From Blastocystis sp. subtype 4 (lineage: Eukaryota), in assembly GCF_000743755.1 (NCBI RefSeq), contig NW_014569534.1, positions 62,001 through 83,860 on the forward strand: a DNA stretch of 21,860 nucleotides, written 5' to 3'. The position numbers and the translations under genes were made by a program. The notes beneath the pieces were generated by a model that saw only the letters and a list, made by a program, of their open reading frames with translations, searched no databases and was not told the origin of the DNA. Positions 1 to 10,217 of this stretch are shown in pieces; positions within the stretch are counted from its first letter, which is position 1; every line of letters begins with the position of its first letter.

Positions 1-948
1 TAAGAGGACCAACTACGAATTAAACTCGTTGTCAACACAGACTTCCTGCTTCACTGTCATTAAATGACGTTTCGCTTCTGTTTCAGAGGCTGTTACCTTT
101 GAGAGATCTTGCACGAATCGGTTACGATCCTGACTCCACAAAGAACTCTCCGAAGAGAAGGAGGACTCAAGAGCAGCAATGGTTGCTTCCTTATCTTTGA
201 TACGAGAAGTCTACATTCAAAAGGCATCCATAAAGTTACCAAAACATCAACTTGTTGTTGTAAAGTTGTTTGCTGAAGCTGAATAGTCGTTTTCTCCATG
301 TTCATAGAATTGAGATCCTTCTGAAGAGATAGAATGGTCTGCTTTTGCTAGAATTGAAAACAAGTATGCAGAGGAACTTCTTCACATTGCCTTGTTGTTT
401 CTTCAAACTGAGACTGGAGAACCCGGAGTTCTCGTTGCCTTTCAGATTCCTTATTCTTTAGATTCCAAGACTCATCTTGGCTCTGATGAAGCAATTTCGT
501 CAATTCATAGACTTTTTCTTCCAGCCGCTTTTTTTTCGACAATAATGAGTCAAAATTCACCTACTACTAACAAAATGGAAAACAGAGCTACATCTACTGG
601 CTGCCCTCTCTTTAAACTAGTAGCAATTTGTTCACGAAGTTCTCTATTTTCAGTTTCAGTTTCACCGAGTTTCTTTCGGACTTCCAAGAATTGGCTCTCC
701 AAATCGATATAGGTTTGTTCTAAATTGATGAATTCTAGGTCATAAAGAATGATAAAACGAAAATACCACTTCGTGCTATTGCTTTGGCAGTTGCAACGTC
801 ATCTTGAAGAGATTCCAGTTGCGAAATCAAACGGTCGATTACATTCTTCTCTTCGGTTGGAATGGAACTATATACTTCCAACTCCTATGAGATTACCAAG
901 TTCCTCCCAATGACACACTGATGAGGAGAGAAAGTTCTCAACTGTCAT
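1..948 (-). CDS. Long coiled-coil protein, likely nucleoprotein TPR/Mlp1/NUA-like; N-terminal part, runs off the window edge
   Basis: ATG at 948. Splicing 29-34 nt GT-AG introns gives MTVENFLSSSELEVYSSIPTEEKNVIDRLISQLESLQDD...EFINLEQTYIDLESQF...SWNLKNKESERQRELRVLQSQ, which resembles the TPR N-terminus ([33 protein letters not shown]). Coiled-coil similarity is only moderately specific. Confidence 0.5.
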
Positions 949-1041
949 GACAAATGCTGTTTAAGACAACAAAATCTGTATCGAGGAAGCAAGAGTGTTA
1001 TTGAAATTCAAGGAATCACTAAACGTACAATTGGGTAATCA

Positions 1042-1049
1042 ATCAAACA
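1042..1049 (-). terminator. TGTTTGAT, variant of the 3'-processing motif, after the FKRP-like gene
   Basis: Lies 5 nt after the TAG at 1055-1057 on the minus strand. Confidence 0.5.
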
Positions 1050-1054
1050 AGCAA

Positions 1055-3494
1055 CTAAACATAGAATTCTGGATCACGAATAATCCTCTCGATATCTTGA
1101 GTCCATTCAAACGGTGAATCGACGCAAACAGAAGCAAACTCAGGATCGCCTTCAATCAAGCACTATGGTAACATTCACAATCATACTGTACCTTATTCCA
1201 TAGTGACCGTTTGCACCCAGTTTCTTCAAATATATTCACCTCTTGTAAAGCCTACATCGTCATCAACTAGTCCTACCTACATCATTACCCTGTTCAAATT
1301 CCTTTTCTAGATAAGCAATCGGATTATTTGGAACATAGATATCAACATCAAGATACTTCATCTTTTTCAATGGAACCATCATCGGAGATATATCATTGAA
1401 AGCGACATTACGTACCACAATACCCATAGGAGAGTCTTCTATTAATGAGTTATTCTTCATATTAAGACCTGTTGCTCCTAGCTTTGTAGCAATATTCACT
1501 CCAAAACAAATCTCCTGATCCTCTTCGTTGTTAAGAAGGTCCAATCCATACTGACTCATTGTTTTCACTACAGATCCACCTAGATAACAGACAGGATCAA
1601 GAATTACTCGAGATATCGAAATAGTCACAATATTTGCCACTCTTGGGATTCATTGTAGCAAGTAGAATCAAGGAATCAGAGAAACATAGTGATGAAGGAT
1701 ATATCCTTGAATCGTGTCAGTCCAGGGGAATGGAACTCCTAGGAAAACAGCTGCAGCCAAATCCTCTACAAATGAAGAAGGATATTCTACCCAACCATTT
1801 GAGAGAAGTAGTGGAATGGATGCATTGTGAAGTAATTCAGATGTAAGATGAAGCATGGTTCGTTGCTGACGATACCAACTTGATGACCGATACACATTCT
1901 CCACATCACTCAAATCATAGAATGGTTCAGGTAAATAAACAGTCTGTCCATCAGGATAGATTATTTTACTAATATGATACTTACTAGCGAAGGATCTAGA
2001 TATTATGAAGAAAAATGAGAAGGACTGTTTACTAGTTTCATCCAGTGAATCAATAGATTGTGTAAAAACATTACATGACTGAATATCATCATCAGACCCA
2101 TGATAAAAAGCAATCATATTACTACGGAAGATACTAATTGGAGCAAATCCAACTTTGTAATTGAATGCTTTGAGTTCTAAGTAAAATGCTATTGATGAAG
2201 ACTATTGACTGATTGTACACTCAATCAATAAGGTTAGTGGCAAAGGTTGGTTTGGGAACATTTGACGGATTGTATCAGCTGTTCCCATAAAATACACACC
2301 TCCTCGTTCACAACGAACAGCATTTCCTAAGAGAGTCTCTCCATATCCTTTGCGAATCGATAATTCATGATCATGATAATGATACTACATGACAGAAGAA
2401 TAAGATACGTACATCATAACAGTTACTGTGGAGTTCTTGTGTATTGGCATCTTCAGTCATAGGAGAGACAACAGATAAGAGATTACTCTCCAGTAATGCA
2501 AGCATTCGATGAAGATTAGAGTTATGAGTGAACTCAACAGATGAGTCAATAAAGAGAACATATTTTGTAGTAATACTTTGAAGCTTCGTGTGTATCTGTT
2601 GAGCAGCAGTAAGATCATTAGGCTATCATTCAGAGATCAATATACCAATACATCCGAAAGGTAGATCTTTACTAATGGGTACCACTTATTCAGACTATCA
2701 ATAAGAGGAAGAAACAACACTTACATATCGATAGATTCTGAAGGATACTTCGTAGTCATGGAGCAGTTTCCACATATGATGAAGATTGTTACTTCAACAT
2801 TCATACTCACCTTCTCTGGACGACGTTTATGCACACTCTCTTCAAAATACTGTTGACTTCTTTTCCAGTCATAATCACTCTTTGAATGAGAAACAATAAT
2901 AGCTTTTACTGGATGAAGAGTCAATCTATCATAGTCTGGAGTGGCCATCCGTCGGCGTCCACTGACTTGATTTGGAATAACAACAACGTCAGACACATCA
3001 TTAGGTATGCACTGTAAGTAAGTTCGATAATTCAAGGTTACCTCCGTTTGACTCGTCAGACAGATACTCAATTCATTTTTTACTGATGACAAAATCTTCT
3101 CTGTCTTTTGTTGAAGACGGTTTAGTTTAGAAATGCGATTTTGCTATATCATACTCAGATACCACTTCTACTAGACCAGATATCTGTTCTTTTAAATCGA
3201 TGATCTATTCACATCAATGAAGATAGGAATATCTACTTCAGCCTCACGTTCCCTCAAGGCAAGTTCCAGTGATTCAATTTTGTCATATTTCTAATCTTTA
3301 TCCTACCAACCCACAGAAACCAGAAATGAATCCGATTGGTCATCGGACAATCGGCAATCCACTTGACGCGTTGGCTTTGAAAATGATTTCTAGGGGTAAT
3401 AATGAAAACAAATTTGGACAGAAAAAACAATAACCAGAAAATTCGCCGCGAATGCCAAGAGTACCACAACAAATGAAAAGAGCTGCTTTTCCAT
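1055..3494 (-). CDS. Type II membrane FKRP-like (LicD/fukutin-family nucleotidyltransferase fold) protein with degenerate active site; about 14 introns
   Basis: Splices into one frame: TM anchor MEKQLFSFVVVLLAFAANFLVIVFS; coiled-coil stalk; stem domain ITTKYVLFIDSSVEF..LHRMLALLES..VVSP and AVRCERGG (cf. FKRP VATEFVALVPDG..LERMVEALR and APRCDALDG); LicD-like LLLSNEDLAAAVFLGVPFPWTDTIQG and MVPLKKMKYLDVDIYVPNNPIAYLEKEF; TAG at 1055-1057. Confidence 0.72.
1662..1702 (-). other. Candidate U12-type (minor) AT-AC intron, 41 nt
   Basis: 5' ATATCCTT, branch TTCCTTGAT, 3' TAC. Removing it deletes an in-frame TGA and restores the frame into the next exon. Confidence 0.65.
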
Positions 3495-3565
3495 CCCAGT
3501 ACACTAGTTTCGGGTACACTCCAAGTAAACTGAGAAATCAGAATGAGATGAGTAATCGTGACTCC

Positions 3566-3573
3566 AACAAATA
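3566..3573 (-). terminator. TATTTGTT 3'-processing motif variant after the zinc-finger gene
   Basis: 22 nt downstream of the TAA at 3596-3598. Confidence 0.45.
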
Positions 3574-3595
3574 GAATTCATAAAAGACAACAAGG

Positions 3596-4317
3596 TTATT
3601 CCTCCTTCTTTTCAGCAGCTTTCCTGGCAAGACGACGAGCCTTCTTCTCTTGGAACTTTTGTTTTCTCCTTTGAATCTCTTCTTCACTCAAATTCTTCTA
3701 CATCTCACTAACAAATCAAATGTTCAACAAGAATCTCCATCTTCTTTTCCTTCCTCCTTGCCGCTCTCCTTGCTTTCCTTTGTATCATTGTTGGAGTTCA
3801 CATTTACCATTGCTGTTTTCGTTCATTACACTTCCTCTTCATTTCTTCAGTACGTTTGGGATCCTTACAGTTCTCAATAACGTAACGCCGCATCCTAATG
3901 GTTACAGTCACTCCAGGAACTCACATATGCTTATGGTCACGCGTTTTTAGATGTTCGATCGCATCTTGCATAGAATTGAATTGTTTCTTGATACAGCAAC
4001 GACACTAAATGTGTTAATTACCAAATCATTTCCAACTCGAACTTTCTCAGTTGAATTCATATCTGGATACCACAAATAGCGCTCGGCAGCAAACTCTAGA
4101 TTACGAATACGTCTCTTGGCCGCGTCATCGAGTTCAGCGAGCTCATTATTCACTGTCTCCATTCGTTCGTTCAACTTCTCCTCCGTGTTTTCAGAATCTT
4201 CTTCTGATGAATTTTGGCTCTCACTCTATGGATCATTCCTACAAGAGTTCAAATAGGTACCTCTTCCTTTTCGTTTACCAGTTCAGCAACGAGTTCTTTT
4301 GTTTTCTGTTTCGGCAT
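3596..4317 (-). CDS. C2H2 (U1/matrin-like) zinc-finger protein with K/R-rich C-terminus; 5 introns
   Basis: ATG 4317 (MPKQKTKELVAEL). The spliced product contains CRCCIKKQFNSMQDAIEHLKTRDH (C-x2-C...H-x5-H) and ends KARRLARKAAEKKEE-TAA. Confidence 0.7.
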
Positions 4318-4394
4318 ACTCTATTTAAGAGTCACTCATTATTCGATTGGGATCCCAACCGCAAAATGTCGCAACGGAGCCAAAAGACCATTTC

Positions 4395-5958
4395 ATGAGT
4401 GATACGGCGAATATCCAACTGGGTGGAAATCAGTATCCACTGCTGGGGAGGGGAGAATATGATGCTATCATATTTGGCTTGGGTTTTCGGGAATGCCTAG
4501 TTGCGAGCCTATTGATCAAGGCCAAGAAGAAAGTTTGGATAATCTGAACTATACCAATTGTAGGTACTGATTATTTCCAAGAAACAGTCGTTCAATTGGG
4601 ACAACACATCCTTTGATTTGCTAGTTTGCCATTTTAAGAATAGAATCATCTGTAGAAGTTATTTAGAAGATATCGAGAAGAAGAGCCGACTGAAGAAGAT
4701 TTTGAATCCCTTGGTAGTAACAAGGACTACCACATTGACCTTATCCCAAAAGTGATTCTCTCTTATGGAAAGATGATGAATCTGTTTCACGAGATCGGGC
4801 TTGATGATAAACTGTCATTAGAGACAATTAACATGCATATGGCATATAGTGGAAGGAATAAAAGAGTATATAAACTTCCTTCCTCTCCCGAAGATGCGAA
4901 TCGGTCAAATTTGTTGAGTATGATTCAACGTATGCATTGTAAAGCACTGCTTCAAGCAATTGAGGACAAATCTAAACACTCTCGTTCCTCTTCAGACTCG
5001 GTATTGATCCATTCCTCTTCTTCTCTTTCTCAATCGTCGACGGTTTCTATGGAGGATATATATGAAAAGTATGGGATTAGTGAGGGATCTCGAGGATTTT
5101 TGGGTCATGGAATGGCCCTGTATGGTAATGACGAGTATCTCGAGGAATCTCCAAAGGAAACATGCTCTCGTATTCGACAGTATCTTTCTGTTATTTTCTT
5201 CAATTTGTAGATATATGAAAACTGTTTCAGAAAAAGGAAGCCCATTTGTATATCCTCGTATGGGCAAGCAACAATTATGCAGTTTGTTAAAAGACCATTT
5301 GGAAGAAAAGAAAGAGTATTGTGATATTATGTTGCAGCAGTAAGTATGAGGAGGGCTATTTAGAGTCAGATTATCCAAACAGCTTGTGTTTGAGAATGAT
5401 TCCGTTGCTGGTGTTGTTGTGGGAGAAAAGGCAGCTCGTGCTCCGGTTGTAATTGGTGATTCGACGTGGTTCCGTGATGATCGTCAGAAGAAGATCGGAA
5501 AGGTGGTACGTTCTATTTGCCTTTTAAATCATCCTATCGAAGGATGTGAATCTGGGGCTTCATCTGTGATTGGCTTTTTCAAGAAGCAGTTAGTGAAAGC
5601 AGGGTACAAGGTTCATGACTCTGATATCAACGCTTTATGTCTATCATGGAAAATGAAGGTCTGTCCAAAAGGCATTTATGTCGTGATTCTCTCAACTACG
5701 GTAGAGACACAGAAGGCCAGCAAGGAACTAAAGCCAGCAATAGATCTGCTTGGAAATATTCTTGAACAGTTTGATAGTGTAACAACATTGTATCGGAATA
5801 AAAAGGCAACCAGAAAGCAAGGTATTCACATCTTTCGTTCACTTGATGCATCTGTGTAATTGAAGAGGAGTAAGATGATGAATAGGACTTTAGAAAGTGT
5901 TGCAGAGGACGTTTTGGATATCGTAAACTCGATTGTCCCTGCTGAAGAAGTGATGTAA
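4395..5958 (+). CDS. Divergent Rab GDP-dissociation inhibitor (GDI/REP family)-like protein
   Basis: Motifs EYDAIIFGLGFRECLVAS, DYHIDLIPK, FLGHGMALY, SPFVYPRMG, KIGKVVRSICLLNHPI, VCPKGIYVVILSTTVET, ELKPAIDLLG; five 30-32 nt introns; TAA 5956-5958. Confidence 0.85.
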
Positions 5959-5968
5959 CATATGGTCG

Positions 5969-5976
5969 TATTTGTT
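5969..5976 (+). terminator. TATTTGTT 3'-processing motif variant after the GDI-like gene
   Basis: 10 nt after the TAA. Confidence 0.45.
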
Positions 5977-5995
5977 AGAAACACAATCCCACTAA

Positions 5996-6756
5996 TTATT
6001 TATACACCTTATTCACTCTCTCTTCCATTTCTTCCATTGAGGGGAAGATGTTCTGAGAACCACGAGGAGCCTGAGTGCCTAAAAGCATCTTAATCTACAT
6101 ATGAATAGAAACAAATATATGGACTGTCTGACGGAAAGCCATGTTGCAGAGGAAGTAAAGACCAGACTACAGATAAGCAAACTTGCTCATCGACATACCA
6201 TAGCACAGTCTGTGTAATCAGTTCCTCGAAGACGTCCATGAAGCATACCGCGAATAAGAGCAAAAGGAGTGAATGGAAGTTTGGCAACCACCACACCATC
6301 ATAACTAGAGATTAGACGAGAAAGAGACATGTACTATGATCTGAAAACTCCGAACAACATCATCATCGTCATAGACAGGATCATAGTAGATCTAAACGAC
6401 ATTCCTGTCATCTGCTGTTTAAATGACTACAAAATAACAATCACAACTATGAACTCACGGATTCCTCATCCTTCAGCTTCTGAACCAGCTTCTTGTGTTT
6501 CTTCTCCTCGCTTGCTGACACAATCATGTCTTTCTTCTTCTTCACTACACTCGTAAGTGAAAAAGACCCATTACGCTCTTCACTAACCTTCGTGAGGTTT
6601 CTCTTCGCTTCCTTATACTCAGGCTTGTTGTACACAAGAATATAGGCGAGAACTAGATACTTGAGGAGAAAGAGGTCTCTCCGTACATTCGGAAATAAAG
6701 TTGACAGCAAGCGAGAGGAGGACCACAGAGAGTGATTCACGGAGATAATGCGTCAT
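5996..6756 (-). CDS. TMCO1: TMCO1 (DUF106/Oxa1-superfamily ER membrane protein)
   Basis: Spliced: MTHYLRESLSVVLLSLAVNFISEFLAYILVYNKPEYK...YDGVVVAKLPFTPFALIRGMLHGRLRGTDYTDCAM..LYFLCNMAFRQTIKMLLG, matching the TMCO1 motif DGRVVAKLPFTP..SHRNLLG.D.TDCS. Confidence 0.88.
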
Positions 6757-7064
6757 TGGAGAATGAGAAAAGTGAATTGTCCACTTTCAAGATTCTGGAT
6801 GGAGGAAAGTTCGTAGAATGGAATGTCCTTATCGGGTACAAGGTTGTATTCGAAAGCCTTGCAATGGGGAAATTTGAACAATTCGATGATGGTTATAGGG
6901 AAAGAGGGATTTGTAGTATTTCTATAAAGAAGGAAGAATGGAGATGATTCGAGTTCAATTCATTTCCAGAAATAGTCCCTATTTTTCAAGCGACGCAATT
7001 GATGTTATTACCAAATCACCCATCGTTGTAAGAACAGTAGTATTTGACTTTATGGATGTAGGAA

Positions 7065-8218
7065 ATGGGAGCATTCTTAGACAAACCACTGACTGACAAG
7101 ACTTGTGATTCGCAAGAGGCCAATGGCATGAGGGCATACAGCTGTTCAATGCAAGGGTGGAGAATCACGATGGAGGTTTGCGTGTATCTGGTGTTTTGAT
7201 GCTCAGGATACGCATGTAATCAACACAAGTCTGGAAGGAAACGAGCAAACAGCCTTCTTTGGAGTCTTTGATGGCCATGGTGGGACATATACCTCAGAAT
7301 ACTGGTTTGTCTTTTCTTTCTTCGTGTAATTCGGTAGCCGTAATCGTTTACTCCCTAATATCCTTTCACAGCCGGAGTATAAAGGAAAAGATGTTAAAGT
7401 TGGATTTGAACATTAAGTGTAGACAACACCTGACGATTATAAAACGATTATGCGAAAAGGGTTTTTGGCGATGGATGCTGAATTAAGAACAAAACAGGTC
7501 GAGAATGAGAATGACCGCAGTGGAAGCACTGCTATTACTGCTTTTGTGACTCCAGACCATATTATTGTAGCAAATTGTGGAGATTCACGTTGTGTTTTGG
7601 CCCGTGATGGAGGAGCAATTCCTTTAAGCACAGATCACAAGCCAGTGAATGTGATTTCTGTATCAATCTATTATCCGTAGCCTTCCGAACGAGATCGCAT
7701 CAACGCAGCAGGTGGAACTGTGATGGCAGGTCGTGTTAGAGGCGATCTTGCTGTGTCTCGTGCTCTTGGTGATTTCCCCTTCAAATGCAACGACTCTCTT
7801 CCTCCTGAGAAGCAGATGGTGTCTCCTGAGCCTCAAATCCTGGTGATTGATCGTGCGGAAAAAGATGAGTATCTGATGTTTGCATGCGATGGTATCTGGG
7901 ATGCCATTCCTGAACCTCAGGAATGTGTGACTATTCTTCATGATTTGTTGGTGAGTGGAAGAGGTGTTGAATGACATGCAGAAGTCTTCTGTGTCGGTAG
8001 AAGTGGCTCTATCTGATTTGTTCGATCTCTGTCTGGAACGTAACTCCAAGGATAATATGACGGTTGTATTAGTACTCTTTAAGAATGCTCCACAGTAGTA
8101 TTGGAAGGATATAATGATTTGTAGACCAGATGAAGAACTAATTGATAAAAGATTACAGCAAAAGCAGGAAGAAAAAGCTAAGGGTATAGAAAAGGAGATT
8201 GTTTTCTAATCAGATTAG
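7065..8218 (+). CDS. Protein phosphatase 2C (PPM1A/B-like)
   Basis: MGAFLDKP (N-myristoylation-type start), [65 protein letters not shown]. Ends at TAA 8207-8209 or, after a 30-nt intron at 8184-8213, at TAG 8216-8218. Confidence 0.95.
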
Positions 8219-8235
8219 TAACATAGCTGCACGAT

Positions 8236-8243
8236 TGTTTGTT
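8236..8243 (+). terminator. TGTTTGTT 3'-processing motif of PP2C
   Basis: Exact consensus just downstream of the PP2C stop. Confidence 0.7.
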
Positions 8244-8254
8244 TGGATGTATAT

Positions 8255-8262
8255 AGCAAACA
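8255..8262 (-). terminator. TGTTTGCT motif of RNASEH2B (poly(A)-created stop)
   Basis: 4 nt after an in-frame T at 8267. Confidence 0.72.
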
Positions 8263-8266
8263 TTCA

Positions 8267-9280
8267 ATTTCTTACGAAAGAAAGATGTTATACTATTTGA
8301 TGGGGAGGCAGTTCGTTTTACTGATGTTCTCTTCTTTGGTATAACCTTCTCTGCAGTTGTTGAGTGTATGGGTTTACCTTTTTTCTCCAAAGGAGGTTCT
8401 TCTATGTCGTCTTCGAGGCCCCACTTCTTCTTCTCTCTATCGATTAATCCATCCTTTAAACAAGACAATGGTTTTATTTCCAAACTCTTTGGAACAATAC
8501 TAGGATAATATTCATTTCACTATATCTACTTTAATGCTTTCAATAGACCATTGAATAATGAAGGAGAGATGTATCTTTCCATGAGTCGAACTGCTTCCAA
8601 ATGACATAGAGCCTCTACTTCTGTATGAGAGTGAGTTGGATACTTCTTCAACAACGAGTCCAGAATCACTAGAATCGAGAGTGCCAGAAAAACATACCAG
8701 GCTCTGCTTTTGCTACACGACTTTTCAACCATTCAATACATTTTGTTTCGTCAAATCGATAATACTTGTTGCCACTATTCTCCTTTACATCACATATTCT
8801 ATCGATTGAATTTAGGACATTCTCATTATGTTGTAAAAGAGAAGCATCTTGTGCAAGAGAGGGAAGAAACACATCACCTAAAGGGAGATATCTACTTCAA
8901 AACTATAAAGAAGTTACAACTTTGTTGAATCACTCTTGTCAAAAAAGGGAATACATAGGAAAAGAGGGTGAATTCGTGAAGCTAGATAAAGTGATCCATC
9001 TATGCATTACAGTGAGTCCCAAACAATACCTTGTATAACCTGGTCATTTACAAACCAACTAGAGGGATCATCATCAATTCTTGTAGTCTCAAGAAAAGAA
9101 CCGTTATCGAATATATAACAAGCTTCTTTTCCTATCGGATACATATGAATTGTATTTCTACCTGTTGCTGGGTGGAGTAGATGCGTCACTACAAGTTCGG
9201 ATTCTGGACCTATAAATTAACTATAAATACTATATGAAATCACTTGATGACTCCAAAAGATAGACAGAGCATGTACTCAT
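8267..9280 (-). CDS. RNASEH2B: Ribonuclease H2 subunit B; stop probably T + poly(A)
   Basis: LLHPATGKEACYIF, SSWFVNDQV, YYRFDETKCIEWLKSRV and C-terminal PIP-box-like NSITSFFRKK; ATG 9280. Confidence 0.85.
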
Positions 9281-9287
9281 CTTTTAA

Positions 9288-10147
9288 ATGTTTGTGCGTG
9301 TTTCTAGTATGTGTTTCTACGGTTGTTTAATTCAAGAGTTCCAAATTCCTGTGGTGCAAACGGTGAAGATGAGCATCACTTCCCCAACGAAGCGATTTTT
9401 TGGAAAAAAGAGTAGCTTCATAGTAGAGAATATCAATGTATAGATACAGAGAAGAATAAAAAGGCAGTACCAGTGGAAAACGTTCCCACCATCGATTTTA
9501 CATTAGTTCAGGCAGATATGATGATATCCTAACAATATATGATTGAATTGAATGATTTCCCTAACGATCAGAAGATCTCTACTTATTTGGCGAATTCCTA
9601 TACTAAAATTCAGGCATCTCGGTTTGATCCCCGAATGATTGAACAAATGAAGGTCGATATCGGAACAAAATCGGCTCCTCTGAATTCCATTGCGCAAATC
9701 ACAGCAAAGACACAGATTTCTTTCTTGATTACTCCCTTTGATCCTAGTGTAGTGATTAAAATGGATGACTGACTTTGTAGAATGCACCCTTCCTTCTGAA
9801 AGCTCTCAAATCGAGTGACCTCAACTTGAATCCACAGATGGACAAGAATGCAGTTCACATTCAAGTTCCTAAGTTGGTTTTATATTGGTTTGGTTACTCA
9901 TAGAACAACGAAGGAAACACGTCAGAAACTAATCAAACAGGTTGGTACTGAATGTGAACAGCAGAAAGGCAAATTGCGAAATGTTCGGAAGAAGTATATG
10001 GACAAGATTCGCTTGATTGAGAAGAGCAAGACAGTATCGAAAGACGATATTGAAAAGATGAAGAAGAAAATTGATGCAATATCTGACTCGGTGACAAAAG
10101 ACATGACAGAAATGATGAAAAAGAAAGAAGAGTCACTTGAGATTTGA
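9288..10147 (+). CDS. MRRF: Mitochondrial (MRO) ribosome recycling factor
   Basis: Basic, Ser/Thr-rich presequence-like N-terminus (MFVRVSKFQIP..TKRFFGKK); APLNSIAQI, ITPFDPS, LNLNPQMD, TKETRQKLIK..KLRNVRKKYMD..SKDD; TGA 10145-10147. Confidence 0.88.
9524..9571 (+). other. Candidate U12-type intron with AT-AG termini, 48 nt
   Basis: 5' ATATCCTA, branch TTCCCTAAC, 3' CAG. It contains an in-frame TAA; removal gives VQADMM|KISTYL. Confidence 0.7.
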
Positions 10148-10217
10148 TTGGCTGAACGGGTCTTTCCCTCCTTTTATCTTGGTTTTCTAATTTCCTTTTG
10201 TTTCTTTGAACGGAACC

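Noticed and set aside
392..712. Opposite-strand ORFs (e.g. 392-712+, 4992-5378-, 7663-8049-, 12599-12937+, 15998-16288+)
   Set aside because: Antisense shadows of recognisable spliced genes.
2741..2748. GTATCCTT on the minus strand of the FKRP-like gene
   Set aside because: It encodes KYPS, matching FKRP PYPP, and a normal 30-nt GTAAGT intron follows.
5180..5210. GTATCTTT-starting introns (here and at ~16337-16366) as U12-type
   Set aside because: They are 30-31 nt like major introns, and the 5' and branch matches are imperfect.
7358..7366. ATATCCTTT, a perfect U12 5' site, in PP2C
   Set aside because: It lies in a clean exon ([10 protein letters not shown]) flanked by normal GT-AG introns, with no branch or 3' site at a suitable distance.
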